Assembly (NCBI GenBank): GCA_040219255.1
Contig: JAVJSW010000046.1
Location: forward strand, 96,001-160,000
Origin: Sumerlaeia bacterium
GTDB lineage: Bacteria; Sumerlaeota; Sumerlaeia; SLMS01; JAHLLQ01
DNA length: 64,000 bases
Direction of reading: 5' to 3'
The notes under the pieces were generated by a model. The model had not been told where the DNA came from. It worked only from the letters and a program-made list of their open reading frames with translations, and ran no database searches. Shown here one piece after another: positions 37,305 to 47,068 of this stretch. How positions within the stretch are numbered: the stretch's first letter is position 1; each line of letters starts with the position of its first letter. The position numbers were made by a program, and so were the translations under genes.

Positions 37305-39044
37305 ATGCGAAAAAATGCTGACGAAGCCGCTACGGACCTCGAGCCATCCGCCCTCGCCTCACCCTTGTGGGCAGAGGCGCGGCCTATTCCGCTCGCCTGG
37401 GAACTGGCCGCTGTCGCCCTCCTGCTTGTGGCCGGGGCGATCTTGCGGTTCGCCCAGCTCGACACGGTGCCGCCCGGGCTCTGGTACGATGAAGCCATCA
37501 ATGGCCTGGATGCGTTGACAATCTGGCGCGAGCCCGGGTTCCCCCTCTTCTTCATGACCGAGGGTCACCCCCGCGAGCCCCTCTATATGTACCTGGAGCT
37601 GCTTGGCGTCTGGACCGCCGGCACCACCGCCGAGGCCATCCGCGGCGTCAGCGGTGTCATCGGTCTGCTGACCATTCCGCTGATGTGGCTTTTCGGGCGC
37701 CAGCTTGGCGGGTGGCGGCTGGGGCTGCTGAGCGCCTTCCTGCTCACCTTCATGCGCTGGCACGTACACTTCTCGCGGCTCGCTTTCCGCACCATTCTTA
37801 GCCCCATGTTCTGCCTTCTTGGCGCCATTCTGCTGGTGCGGGTCATTCGGAAACGGCGGCCCCTCGATGCGGCGCTCTTTGGCGCGCTGCTCGGTCTTTC
37901 GCTCTACACCTACCTGAGTATGCGTCTCTTCCTCGTCGCGGCGGGGCTGACCTTCGCGGGCGGGCTGCTTATCACGAAGACCCCGCGCGCTCTCTTCGCC
38001 AAGCTCTCCGCCGCCGCCGCCATTGGGTTCTTCGTGGTTTTCGCGCCGCTGGGGATCAACTACCTCAGCCACCCGGAGCACTTCTCCGGCCGCCAGGGCG
38101 AGATTTCCCTGATCGGCGGAGGAGCGGAAGGCTGGGCCCGCATCGCCATGCAAACCCGAGACGTTGCTCTGATGGGACTGCTGCGCGGCGATCACGAGGA
38201 CAAGCACAACATCCCCGGCCCGCCCCGCTTCGCCCAGCCCGTCCTCTGGGGGTCGGAAACCGCCGACGCCGCCGCCCGCTGGGAAGACCTGCGCCGAACC
38301 GCCCCCGAGGCCGTCCCCGATGAGCACGGCACCGGCCTCGCCACGTTCGATGTCGTCACAGGCCTTTTGTTCTATCTCGGCTTGGGAGCCGTGATCTGGC
38401 GGTTCTTCCGCGAGCGCAACCTCTGGGCGGCGTTTCTTCTGCTGTGGCTGGGTCTGGGGGCGCTGGCGTCCATTCTGTCCTTCGGCGCTCCGAACCTGTT
38501 GAGGCTGCTGATGTTATCGCCGTTGGCGGCGCTGCTGATCGCGGTGGCGGTGCTGACGCTCAACGATCGCCTTGCCCTTCCCCGAACTCTCCGCGCCGCC
38601 CTCGTGACCGCTTTCCTTCTCTGGTTCGCGGCCGGCGAGAGCTACCGCTACTTCGCCGTCTATCCCTCTCATCCCGGAGTCTGGTGGAGCTACAACAGCA
38701 ACTTCGCCGAACTCGCCAAGACGCTCGCCGAGTCGTCCACACGCCCCGAGCAGATCGTCGTGCCCGATTACGTCGCGACCGCACCGACCTTCGCCTTCCT
38801 CGCCGACTCGGTGGAAGGCGTCGTGCCGTGGCCGCCCCGCGGCGACAACGCGCCCGCTTTGTCTGGCCGGGTCTGGCTCGTTTTGACACAGCCACCCTTC
38901 CCTCCTCTACAGACAGAAGGCCTGGCCAATAAAGACGTGTCGCCCATCGAGTCCCTGGAAACGCCAGAAGGACTGCGATGGGCGGTGATTGTGGAGGGGG
39001 ATTTGGATTCCGAGGACTGGGGTTCGCCCAAGCCTAAGCCTTGA
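37305..39044 (+). CDS. GT-C membrane glycosyltransferase (GT39/ArnT/PMT-like)
   Basis: LRF..L...PPGLWYDEA, P.Y.Y, WHVHFSR, YTY...R; multi-TM with periplasmic C-terminal domain. Confidence 0.85.
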   Translation: MRKNADEAATDLEPSALASPLWAEARPIPLAWELAAVALLLVAGAILRFAQLDTVPPGLWYDEAINGLDALTIWREPGFPLFFMTEGHPREPLYMYLELLGVWTAGTTAEAIRGVSGVIGLLTIPLMWLFGRQLGGWRLGLLSAFLLTFMRWHVHFSRLAFRTILSPMFCLLGAILLVRVIRKRRPLDAALFGALLGLSLYTYLSMRLFLVAAGLTFAGGLLITKTPRALFAKLSAAAAIGFFVVFAPLGINYLSHPEHFSGRQGEISLIGGGAEGWARIAMQTRDVALMGLLRGDHEDKHNIPGPPRFAQPVLWGSETADAAARWEDLRRTAPEAVPDEHGTGLATFDVVTGLLFYLGLGAVIWRFFRERNLWAAFLLLWLGLGALASILSFGAPNLLRLLMLSPLAALLIAVAVLTLNDRLALPRTLRAALVTAFLLWFAAGESYRYFAVYPSHPGVWWSYNSNFAELAKTLAESSTRPEQIVVPDYVATAPTFAFLADSVEGVVPWPPRGDNAPALSGRVWLVLTQPPFPPLQTEGLANKDVSPIESLETPEGLRWAVIVEGDLDSEDWGSPKPKP

Positions 39045-39048
39045 TGAT

Positions 39049-39699
39049 TCAGGCGCTTGCGGGTTTCTTGTTGGCGGGCTTGGAGCTGCGCCGGCCCCGC
39101 TTCGCGGGCTTCTTCGGCTCCTCAGGCTGGGCCTTTTCGAGCTTCTCGCCCTCCCAGCGCTCATGCTTCAGCTCTTCGGTCATGGGCGCGTGGATCACGT
39201 CCATCTCCGTGAGCTTGTCGATGGCGAGTTTGATCTCGCGGTAAACGCGCTTGTAAACTTCCAGAGTCGCCCCCATCGGGTCGTTGATCTGGTAGTTCTT
39301 CATGTCGCTCTTCGTGTATTCCTTCAGGAGGAAGGTCTTGTCGTTCACGCCGTCGACGCCCCATTCGACGGCCTTGCGCTTGGCGTCCTGGACGTGGAAG
39401 GGGGTCATGCCAAGGACCAGGTCGGCCTTCTTGAGCAACTCCGGCGTCAGCCGGGCGCTGCGATGCTTGTCGATCTCCACACTCGCCGACTCCATGACTT
39501 GAACCGCTTCCGCCGTTGGCAGAAGGCCGTCGATCGTCATCACGCCCGCGGTGCGGACCTCGATGTGCTTGATCCCGTTGCGGTCTAAATAGTCCTGGAG
39601 CAGGCCTTGAGCCATGGGGCTCCGGCAGGTGTTGCCGGTGCAAAGAAAGACGATGATGCGCTTCTTCTTGCGCTTGGCGAGGAGCATGATGGCCTCCAT
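39049..39699 (-). CDS. Low-molecular-weight protein phosphatase, YwlE-like (arginine phosphatase signature)
   Basis: P-loop CTGNTCRSPMA, H.S..LT, D..L.M, I.DP.G; basic C-terminal tail. Confidence 0.88.
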   Translation of the reverse strand: MEAIMLLAKRKKKRIIVFLCTGNTCRSPMAQGLLQDYLDRNGIKHIEVRTAGVMTIDGLLPTAEAVQVMESASVEIDKHRSARLTPELLKKADLVLGMTPFHVQDAKRKAVEWGVDGVNDKTFLLKEYTKSDMKNYQINDPMGATLEVYKRVYREIKLAIDKLTEMDVIHAPMTEELKHERWEGEKLEKAQPEEPKKPAKRGRRSSKPANKKPASA

Positions 39700-39829
39700 A
39701 TCCTCTCGGGGCAGCAGTGAATCGACGGAAGCCGAGTTGACTGCCGGTTATGCGATCCGCTTGAAAACTGGACTGACGTCCCCGGCTTGCAAATCAATGA
39801 ACTAAGCAATTCCCATGCAGGGTGGGAAC

Positions 39830-40948
39830 TCAAGAGCCTTTCAGCAACTTAAACGCCCCTATGATACCAAAAACGACATTGGGAAACCAGACCAGCGGCG
39901 CGACCGGAATTCCCGAGCCGTACTCCGCCAATTGCCGGCAACCGATCATCACCAGATAAAAGGCGACGACCCAGATCAATCCTCCGCCCAGACTGTACAC
40001 GAAGCCCTGGGACCGGGGCTTCATGATGTGGCCGCACATCAACAGCGCGATCACAAAGGAAGCCAGAGGCAGGACCAACTTCGAGTGAAGCCGTGTGCGG
40101 AACTCCGCCGTGTCCTTCTTCTGCGCCTCCATCAGGCGAATGTACTCCCGGAGTTGGAGAAAATTCATCGCGTCCGGGTCATCGAACTTGCTCAGAAGCA
40201 GCCGCAGATTTACTTCCATCTTGCGGGCTTCCAATTCCGGCTCCCGCAGCCGCTCGTGCAGCGTGAAGGAGACCGGACGCCCGGAAGTATCGAACTTGCG
40301 GATCGAAGCGTTCTGGAACTCCCAGCCGGTGTAGTCCGCCCGGTCCACATAGCTTCCTGTTTCGGCTCGCAACTCCCACTCCGGCAGGTGCGTTCTCGGC
40401 TGCAAGTCGATCAGCACCGGGCTTTTCATCACTTCGTTGGCCGAGTCGTAAGCCTCGATGATGTACAGTCGCCGGTCCGCCCCGCGTTGGTAGATGTTCT
40501 CGTTGCGGGTGATCGCGCTCATGTCGCGTTCCTGCAACCGCACCTTCTCGATGATGACCGCCTTGCGCTCGGCCTTCGCCACCAGCGTCTCATTGATGCC
40601 GATGGCGCCCAAGCTGACCAGGAACGCGCCGATCAAAAAAGGCAGCGACAGGCGCTGGGGGCTGAGACCACCGGCCAGATAGGCCAGGATCTCGTTGTTC
40701 CGCGATTTCGTCATCACCACCCACAAAACCGAGGCGGCGACGGCGAAGGAAACCACGAGGACAAGTTTGCCCGGCAGCGAGCACAGGAAGTAGAGGAAAA
40801 GCCAATAGGCGCCGAAATCGACGCCGCCGAAAATCTTATCCGTGAAATCCAGGATGGTTTCGATCAGAATAATGAACGTGATGAAAACGAGGATCATCAC
40901 GAAGGCGCGAAAAAAATCGCCCAGAAATTCTCGATCAATGAGGTTCAT
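39830..40948 (-). CDS. LPS export ABC transporter permease (LptF/LptG family)
   Basis: M..IDR, SRNNEILA..AGG.S..RL..P, periplasmic beta-jellyroll region, K..LP, W.PN. Confidence 0.9.
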   Translation of the reverse strand: MNLIDREFLGDFFRAFVMILVFITFIILIETILDFTDKIFGGVDFGAYWLFLYFLCSLPGKLVLVVSFAVAASVLWVVMTKSRNNEILAYLAGGLSPQRLSLPFLIGAFLVSLGAIGINETLVAKAERKAVIIEKVRLQERDMSAITRNENIYQRGADRRLYIIEAYDSANEVMKSPVLIDLQPRTHLPEWELRAETGSYVDRADYTGWEFQNASIRKFDTSGRPVSFTLHERLREPELEARKMEVNLRLLLSKFDDPDAMNFLQLREYIRLMEAQKKDTAEFRTRLHSKLVLPLASFVIALLMCGHIMKPRSQGFVYSLGGGLIWVVAFYLVMIGCRQLAEYGSGIPVAPLVWFPNVVFGIIGAFKLLKGS

Positions 40949-41054
40949 GGAAGTCAGCGGGAGCTTTCAGGTCTGGATGGTGAACAACCGCCCCCCGCCA
41001 CCGTGAATGGTCGTTTTCCGTGCCGCCAGGCGGCACGGAAAACATGGGAGGGCC

Positions 41055-41702
41055 TTACTGGGCCGGAGTCTCCTCCGGAGCCTGCTCTTGAGAAGCGGCC
41101 TCTTCGACGGCTTCTTCGTCCTGAACGTCCGCATCGGGGCCGGCGGCGGCTTCCGCCTCCTGAGCCTTCGCAGCGGCCTTGTCCTTGGCGGCCTTGCGCT
41201 CCGCTTGCTCGCGGGCGCGCTCTTCCGCCTCTTCCATGGCGCGGATTTCATCCGGCGTGCGGAAGCGTTCCACAATCACCTTCAGATTCGCGTACACTTC
41301 CGTGTAGAGACGGATCTTGACGGGGAATTCGCCGAGGGTGCGGATGTTTTCGCCGATTTCAATCTTGCGGCGGTCCACATCGAAGCCCTTTTCCGCCAAG
41401 GCGGCGGCGACGTCGGTGGTGGTCACCGAACCGAAAAGCTGGCCGTTGTCGTTGGCGCGATGCTTGAACTCGAGGCGGATGCCGTCCATGTCGTTGGCAC
41501 GGACTTTGGCTTCCTCGCGTTCGCGGGCGACGACGGCTTGCAGCTTCTTGCTTTGTTGCTCCATCAGGGCCACGTTGGCCTTGCTGGCTTCGCGGGCGAA
41601 ACCGCGGGGACCCAGGAAATTGCGGTAGTACCCGCGCTTGACGTCCACGAGCTCGCCGGCCTGGCCCAGGTTATCGACGGATTTGAAAAGAACGACTTTC
41701 AT
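41055..41702 (-). CDS. rplI: 50S ribosomal protein L9 with acidic C-terminal extension
   Basis: MKVVL...V.NLG..G..V.VK.GY.RNFL.P.G, GQLFGSVT. Confidence 0.96.
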   Translation of the reverse strand: MKVVLFKSVDNLGQAGELVDVKRGYYRNFLGPRGFAREASKANVALMEQQSKKLQAVVAREREEAKVRANDMDGIRLEFKHRANDNGQLFGSVTTTDVAAALAEKGFDVDRRKIEIGENIRTLGEFPVKIRLYTEVYANLKVIVERFRTPDEIRAMEEAEERAREQAERKAAKDKAAAKAQEAEAAAGPDADVQDEEAVEEAASQEQAPEETPAQ

Positions 41703-41739
41703 GTTCTGACCTTGTGCGATGGAATGGGTGAGGCCTGGC

Positions 41740-42159
41740 TTAGCCCTCGGTCGAGTAGGGGAGCAGGGCGAGATGACGGGCGCGCTTGATCGCCAGCGTC
41801 AGCATGCGCTGATACTTGGCGGAGGTGCCGGTCATGCGCCGGGGCAGAATCTTGCCCTGCGGCGTGATGAACCGCTGCAGCGTCTTCACGTCCTTGTAGT
41901 CGATATACTCGGCGCCGATCAGCGTGAAGTAGCACACCTTGCGGCGCGGGAAGCGCCGGCGGGGCCGGCCACCTCCACCGCCACCGCGGCGGTCGCCACC
42001 GCGATCGCCGCGATCTCCGCGGTCGCCACGATCACCGCCGCGGTCTCCGCGGTCACCGCCGCCACGGCGTTCGCCGCGATCACCACGATCGCCGCGATCA
42101 CCCCGGTCGCTGTTGCCTTGATAGCCAGAATGGCTGCGTGTTTGTTGCATGTCGCTCAT
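41740..42159 (-). CDS. rpsR: 30S ribosomal protein S18 with GDR-repeat N-terminal extension
   Basis: IDYKD, GKILPRR.TG, QR.L..AIKRAR.LALLPY. Confidence 0.96.
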   Translation of the reverse strand: MSDMQQTRSHSGYQGNSDRGDRGDRGDRGERRGGGDRGDRGGDRGDRGDRGDRGGDRRGGGGGGRPRRRFPRRKVCYFTLIGAEYIDYKDVKTLQRFITPQGKILPRRMTGTSAKYQRMLTLAIKRARHLALLPYSTEG

Positions 42160-42183
42160 GGGAAAAACTTCCTCCGGATGATG

Positions 42184-42717
42184 TTAGAAGGGGAGATCAT
42201 CCTCGGTTCCTCCGTCGCCGTCGTACGAATCGCCGGGGCCGGAGGAGGAGGGATGGGAGTATTGAGAGCGGCTCTCAGGGCCGCTGTCGTATGACGACGG
42301 AGCACCACCACCTCGGTAGCCTCCGCCGGATTGACCGGGATTGCCGCCACCGCCGGAGCGCGGCTGATAACCGCCACCTCCGCCGGGTCCGCCATCGCCG
42401 CCGCCCGCCCGGGCGCCAAACTGCACCGCTTCCGCCACGATCACGAACTTCGTGCGTTCCTCGCCGGATTGCGTCTTGTACGTATCCATCTTCAGGCGGC
42501 CTTCGACGAGAATCTGACTGCCCTTCTGAAGGAACTGACTGCAAAGCTCCGCTGTGCGGTTCCATGCCTCCACGTCAATGTAGAGGACTTCTTCTTTTTG
42601 GGCACGGCGGCGGCTCGTTGCGAGACGGAAACTACAGACAGTGGAGCCAGTGGAAACAGTTCGAGACTCCGGGTCGCGGGTCAGATTTCCGATCAGGATG
42701 ACTTTGTTCAGTTCCAT
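42184..42717 (-). CDS. ssb: Single-stranded DNA-binding protein
   Basis: NKVILIGNLTRDPE, KG....VEGRL, Gly-rich linker, C-terminal DDLPF. Confidence 0.97.
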   Translation of the reverse strand: MELNKVILIGNLTRDPESRTVSTGSTVCSFRLATSRRRAQKEEVLYIDVEAWNRTAELCSQFLQKGSQILVEGRLKMDTYKTQSGEERTKFVIVAEAVQFGARAGGGDGGPGGGGGYQPRSGGGGNPGQSGGGYRGGGAPSSYDSGPESRSQYSHPSSSGPGDSYDGDGGTEDDLPF

Positions 42718-42803
42718 GGGGAACGTCAGCCTTTGCGTGGTCGATCAGGGGTTGCGGTACGGGTGGCGCGGTTCTGGGGGTTACGGTTTGGCGGTTGCGG
42801 GAT

Positions 42804-43451
42804 TCAGGACTCGGGAGCCTTGGGAGCGGCCTCGGCCTCTGGAGCAGCCTCTGGAGCGGTCTCGGGGGCCGCTTCGGGGGCTTGGGGAGTTGCTTCCGCG
42901 GCCTCGGGGGACGCCTCGGCGGGGGCTGCGGCGGCTTGTTGGGCGGCCGTGGCGGCGGCGAAATCGGCGCGCTCGCGCTCACGAGCGGCTTCCCGCTCCT
43001 TGGCCTGCTCGCGCTTGGTTTCTTCCAAAGCGGCGGTCGGGCTGTCGACGGGGGCTTCCGCTTCCTGGCCACGGCGGGTTTCCGCGTAGGAACGGCCACC
43101 GAAGGAGAACCGGCGGTCACCCTTCTGGATGGCCTCCGGAATTTCGCCGCGGGTCTTGGCTTCCACAGCCTTCGTCACCAGGAACCGCAGCACGTTTTCG
43201 TCGATGCGAAGCGCGCGGTTGAGTTCCGGAAGGCACTTGCCTTCCGACTCGCAGGTGAAATGGTAAAGGGTGTAGCGGCCTTCACGGCGCTTGTTGATCT
43301 GGTAGGCGAGACGGCGCTTGCCCCAGATGTCTTTGTCCAACACTTCGCCACCGTTGGCGGTGATGACTTTTTCAACAGCTTCAAGTTCGCTGTTGTACTG
43401 GTCTTCCACGAGATTGGGCTCGTGAACGACGACAAGTTCGTACTTCGACAC
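42804..43451 (-). CDS. rpsF: 30S ribosomal protein S6 with long Ala/Glu/Pro C-terminal tail
   Basis: YE, WGKRRLAYQI.K..EG.Y, VLRFL; GTG start with AGGGAG RBS. Confidence 0.95.
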   Translation of the reverse strand: MSKYELVVVHEPNLVEDQYNSELEAVEKVITANGGEVLDKDIWGKRRLAYQINKRREGRYTLYHFTCESEGKCLPELNRALRIDENVLRFLVTKAVEAKTRGEIPEAIQKGDRRFSFGGRSYAETRRGQEAEAPVDSPTAALEETKREQAKEREAARERERADFAAATAAQQAAAAPAEASPEAAEATPQAPEAAPETAPEAAPEAEAAPKAPES

Positions 43452-43525
43452 GATTGTCTGTCTCCCTGTGGTCTTGCGGCTCTCGGGGCGTTCGGGGAAC
43501 ACGGGAACGAGAGCAGGGGGTGTGA
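43452..43525 (-). promoter_or_regulatory. Possible S6:S18 ribosomal leader
   Basis: Minus strand: CCCCCT, stem CTCTCG/CGAGAG followed by CCG, then AGGGAG SD; resembles the known S6:S18-binding leader (CCR motif plus SD-sequestering stem). Confidence 0.45.
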
Positions 43526-44015
43526 CCTTCGCGGAAGGCGCCAAGGCATGGCGCTCCTCTGCGAAGGGCTGAGGATTGAGCGGCAATGGCGCGGCGCAAG
43601 TCAAGGTGAAAGGCGGATGATTTGAGAGCAAAAGCGAAGGTCCGGGAAGCTTCCCCGTCCTCTTCGACCCTCCTGCGGATCGCGAACTTCGCGAGAGCCG
43701 AACCGGCGCGCCAGGGTAAAATGCGCCCGGAACGGCGTTTTCTCTTGATAGCCGCGCGCCTTCCTCGCTAGGCACTCCCCCTCTGATGGCGCCGCCCCGC
43801 GTTTTTCGCGGGACCACCTTGTGCTTGGGTCCCGGGCGCGCGCCGGATGTGAAGCTTCCCTCCCTGGCATTCCGGACCCTCTCGGTTGGCGGTCTCGACC
43901 GCGGGCCCCGCGAGGGAAGCGAGACCGATGAATTCTATTTCCCCCGACGCTGCCAATGCTGGAGATAACAGCTCCCCTCAACGTGCAGCGGGACAAGTCA
44001 GGAAAGGAGTCCGTA

Positions 44016-45428
44016 GTGACTGACCAGCAGGAAACCCACGAGTCCGCCCTCTCGACGGTTCTCGAGAAGAAGAACGAGCGCATCGCCTATCAGGTGGATG
44101 AAGGTGAAGGCCGGCCCGGGTCGCGCGTTCGCTACGCCGTGAAAGTGGCCGAAGAGGACTTCGCGCCCAAGGTGGACGAGGTGCTCGAGGACTTCCGCAA
44201 GCACGCGGCCATCCCCGGTTTCCGCCCCGGCAAGGCGCCGGTCAAACTGGTGCGCAATCGCTACGCCAAGGCCGCCCGCGACGAAGCCGCCAAGCGCCTC
44301 GCGCCCAAGCTCGCCGAGCAGTTGACGGAAGACAAGAAGCTCGAAGTCCTCGCCGATCCTGGCTACGAGGGCTCCTCCTCCACGCCCGGCGAAGGCGTCG
44401 AACTCTACCTGATCCTGGAAGTCCGCCCGGAAATCAAAGTCACCGACGAAACCCTCAAGGACCTCAAGGTGGAAGTCACCGAGGAGCCTGTGACGGACGA
44501 AAAGGTGGCCGCCGAAATCGAAGCGCTCCGCGAAAAAAACGCGGTCTTCGAAGCCCAGGGCGACGATGCGGTCTTCGCCAAAGATGACGCTTTGACCCTC
44601 GACATGGTCGTCGTCGGCGAGGGCGGAGAGCCCCACGCCCACGGCGGAATCGCCAACGAGTACATCGAAGACGTGAAGCAGATGCTGCCCGCGGAAGTCG
44701 CCGACGCCCTCGCCGGCAAGAAGAAGGGCGACATCTTCGACGTGGAAGACGTCGGTCATGGCGATCACAGCCACACCTACCGCGTCACCGTCGGCGAAAT
44801 CAAGAAGCGCGTCCTGCCCGAACTCGACGATGAATTCGCCAAGGACATCAGCGACGAGCACGAGACGCTCGAGGACCTCCGCAAGTCCATCCGCGAGGAC
44901 CTGGAGAAGCAGGAAGAGAACCGCAAGCGCGCCCAGATCCTGCAAGGGCTGTTCAGCCTGCTGAACGAGCGCGTCGATTTCGAAACGCCCGCCTCCCTGG
45001 TCAATCAGTTGGCCAACCGCAACCTGTCACGCACCGAGCAGCAGATGCGCCAGTACGGCCTGACGCTGAAGAGCTTCGGCAAGGAGCGCCTCGACACGTT
45101 CATCAGCAATGCGCTGGCGGAGTCGGCCGAGCAGGTGAAGACCTTCCTGATCCTGGATCAGATCGGCCGGAACCTGGGGATCGAGGCGAGCGAAGAGAAA
45201 ATCGCCGAGGAGATCGAGAAGATCGCCGAGTACCAAGGCCGCAAACCGCTGGCGATTCGTGCTCAGCTGGAAGCCAACAAGCAGTTCGACGATTTTGTGC
45301 AGGATATTCGCTTACGGGCGGTGCAGGATCGTCTCGCCGAAATGGCCGAGACGGTCGTCGTGGAAGCCAAGGCGGACGAAGACGAAGCCGCCGGCGCTTC
45401 CGGGGAAACTCCACAAGAAGGCGAGTAA
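44016..45428 (+). CDS. tig: Trigger factor
   Basis: IPGFRPGKAP ribosome-binding motif, LPELDDEFAK; AAGGAG RBS before GTG 44016. Confidence 0.95.
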   Translation: MTDQQETHESALSTVLEKKNERIAYQVDEGEGRPGSRVRYAVKVAEEDFAPKVDEVLEDFRKHAAIPGFRPGKAPVKLVRNRYAKAARDEAAKRLAPKLAEQLTEDKKLEVLADPGYEGSSSTPGEGVELYLILEVRPEIKVTDETLKDLKVEVTEEPVTDEKVAAEIEALREKNAVFEAQGDDAVFAKDDALTLDMVVVGEGGEPHAHGGIANEYIEDVKQMLPAEVADALAGKKKGDIFDVEDVGHGDHSHTYRVTVGEIKKRVLPELDDEFAKDISDEHETLEDLRKSIREDLEKQEENRKRAQILQGLFSLLNERVDFETPASLVNQLANRNLSRTEQQMRQYGLTLKSFGKERLDTFISNALAESAEQVKTFLILDQIGRNLGIEASEEKIAEEIEKIAEYQGRKPLAIRAQLEANKQFDDFVQDIRLRAVQDRLAEMAETVVVEAKADEDEAAGASGETPQEGE

Positions 45429-45434
45429 AGCCCT

Positions 45435-46151
45435 ATGGCCCGCTATCACCTCAGGCCTGCCGATCTGCCCGCGGAACTCCGCCGGGCCGTCCTCGAGCAG
45501 GAAGAACGCGCCGCGGCGCAACCCTTCGCCAACGATGACGATGACGACATTTACTACATCCCCGTTCCGCGAATCTGGCACCAGACCGAGCGCAGCGAGC
45601 GGATGCTGGACCTGTTTACCCGGTTGTTGATGGACCGGATCATTTTGATCCAGCGCGCCTTCGACGACCGGCTCGCCAATCTCGTCACGGCCCAGCTTCT
45701 CTTCCTGGAAAGCCAGGACCCGGAAAAGCCCATCAGCATCTACATCAACTCGCCCGGCGGCGTCATCACCAGCGGCATGGCCATCTACGACACCATGCAG
45801 CTGATCAAGGCCCCGGTCGGCACCACCGTCATCGGCCAGGCCGCCAGCATGGGGGCCGTGATCTTGCTCGCAGGGGAGAAAGGCATGCGGTACGCTCTGC
45901 CCCATTCCCGCATCATGATCCACCAGCCCAGCGGCGGTTCGCGGGGGACCTCGATCGAAATCGAAATCCAGACCCGCGAAATGATCCGCGTCCGCGAATC
46001 CCTTTACGAGGTCATGGCCCGCCACACCGGCAAGACCGTGGACGAAATCATCAAAGCCTGCGACCGCGATTATTTCCTGGGACCCAAGGAAGCGATCGAC
46101 TTCGGAATCATCGATGAAGTCGTGGCGAACAAGAAGGCGTCCGCCGCCTAA
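45435..46151 (+). CDS. clpP: ATP-dependent Clp protease proteolytic subunit (copy 1, N-terminal extension)
   Basis: YINSPGG, AASMG (Ser), MIHQP (His), DRD (Asp). Confidence 0.96.
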   Translation: MARYHLRPADLPAELRRAVLEQEERAAAQPFANDDDDDIYYIPVPRIWHQTERSERMLDLFTRLLMDRIILIQRAFDDRLANLVTAQLLFLESQDPEKPISIYINSPGGVITSGMAIYDTMQLIKAPVGTTVIGQAASMGAVILLAGEKGMRYALPHSRIMIHQPSGGSRGTSIEIEIQTREMIRVRESLYEVMARHTGKTVDEIIKACDRDYFLGPKEAIDFGIIDEVVANKKASAA

Positions 46152-46203
46152 CCCCCCTCCGACCCACTCTGACCCAACGCACAAGGAAGGACACGGCCAC
46201 ACC

Positions 46204-46815
46204 ATGGACGTCCCCTACATTCTGGAGCAAACAGAGCGCGGCGAGCGCGGGATGGACATCTTCTCCCGCCTTCTGATGGACCGCATCATCTTCATCGGAA
46301 CGCCCATCAACGATACCGTCGCCAGTCTGGTCACGGCCCAGCTTCTCTATCTGGAGAGCGCCGACCCGGACAAAGACATCAACATCTACCTGAATTCCCC
46401 GGGCGGCAGCGTCACCGCTGGCCTGGCGATCTACGACACCATGCAGTTCGTCAAGCCCGACATCACCACCACCTGCGTCGGCCAGGCGGCCAGCATGGGC
46501 GCCGTGCTGCTGGCGGCGGGCACCGCGGGCAAACGCTTCTGCCTGCCCAATTCCCGCGTCATGATCCACCAGCCCCACATCATGGGCGGCCTCGGCGGGC
46601 AAGTCACCGACATCGAAATCCAGGCCAAGGAGATGATCCGCATCAAGCGCACGCTGAACGAAATCCTCTCCAAGCACACCGGCAAGACCTTCGACGAAAT
46701 CGAGCACGACACCGACCGCGACAAATTCCTCACGGCGGAGGAAGCGCTCGAGTACAAGCTCGTGGACAAAATCGTCGAGCACAAGCGGGCCGGCGAAAAG
46801 AACGGCAAATCCTAA
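46204..46815 (+). CDS. clpP: ATP-dependent Clp protease proteolytic subunit (copy 2)
   Basis: [33 protein letters not shown]; AAGGAAGG RBS. Confidence 0.97.
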   Translation: MDVPYILEQTERGERGMDIFSRLLMDRIIFIGTPINDTVASLVTAQLLYLESADPDKDINIYLNSPGGSVTAGLAIYDTMQFVKPDITTTCVGQAASMGAVLLAAGTAGKRFCLPNSRVMIHQPHIMGGLGGQVTDIEIQAKEMIRIKRTLNEILSKHTGKTFDEIEHDTDRDKFLTAEEALEYKLVDKIVEHKRAGEKNGKS

Positions 46816-46861
46816 AGATTGTTCCTGAAGAATCAAGCTCGACACTGAGAACACAGAACTT

Positions 46862-46893
46862 GCGGCCGGAGGGAACTCCGGCCGCTTTTTCTT
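46862..46893 (+). terminator. Intrinsic terminator after the clpP pair
   Basis: GCGGCCGGAG-ggaa-CTCCGGCCGC followed by TTTTTCTT. Confidence 0.85.
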
Positions 46894-47068
46894 GTCTTAT
46901 CCTTCGGGCACCGGGCGTTTTCATTTGCCTCCCCGCAGGGGCACTTATAGCGTTGCAAACCCGGCATAAAGTGTTTTAGTCTGACCTTTGACACTGACGG
47001 AATCTTGACGCAAGACCCCCGTCGCCAAGCCCTTGGCTCAAGTATTTCCGAAGGAGGACGAGAGGCCG

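Noticed and set aside
41985-42110. Tandem repeat that could mimic a CRISPR array or VNTR
   Set aside because: Degenerate 9-12 bp coding repeat (GDR) inside rpsR; no constant repeat with unique spacers and no cas genes in the window
43890-43927. SRP RNA helix-8-like GGGCCCCGCGAGGGAAGC, or a tRNA upstream of tig
   Set aside because: Conserved CAGG...AGCAG loop not matched and no long closing helix; no T-loop GTTCGA/CCA cloverleaf found
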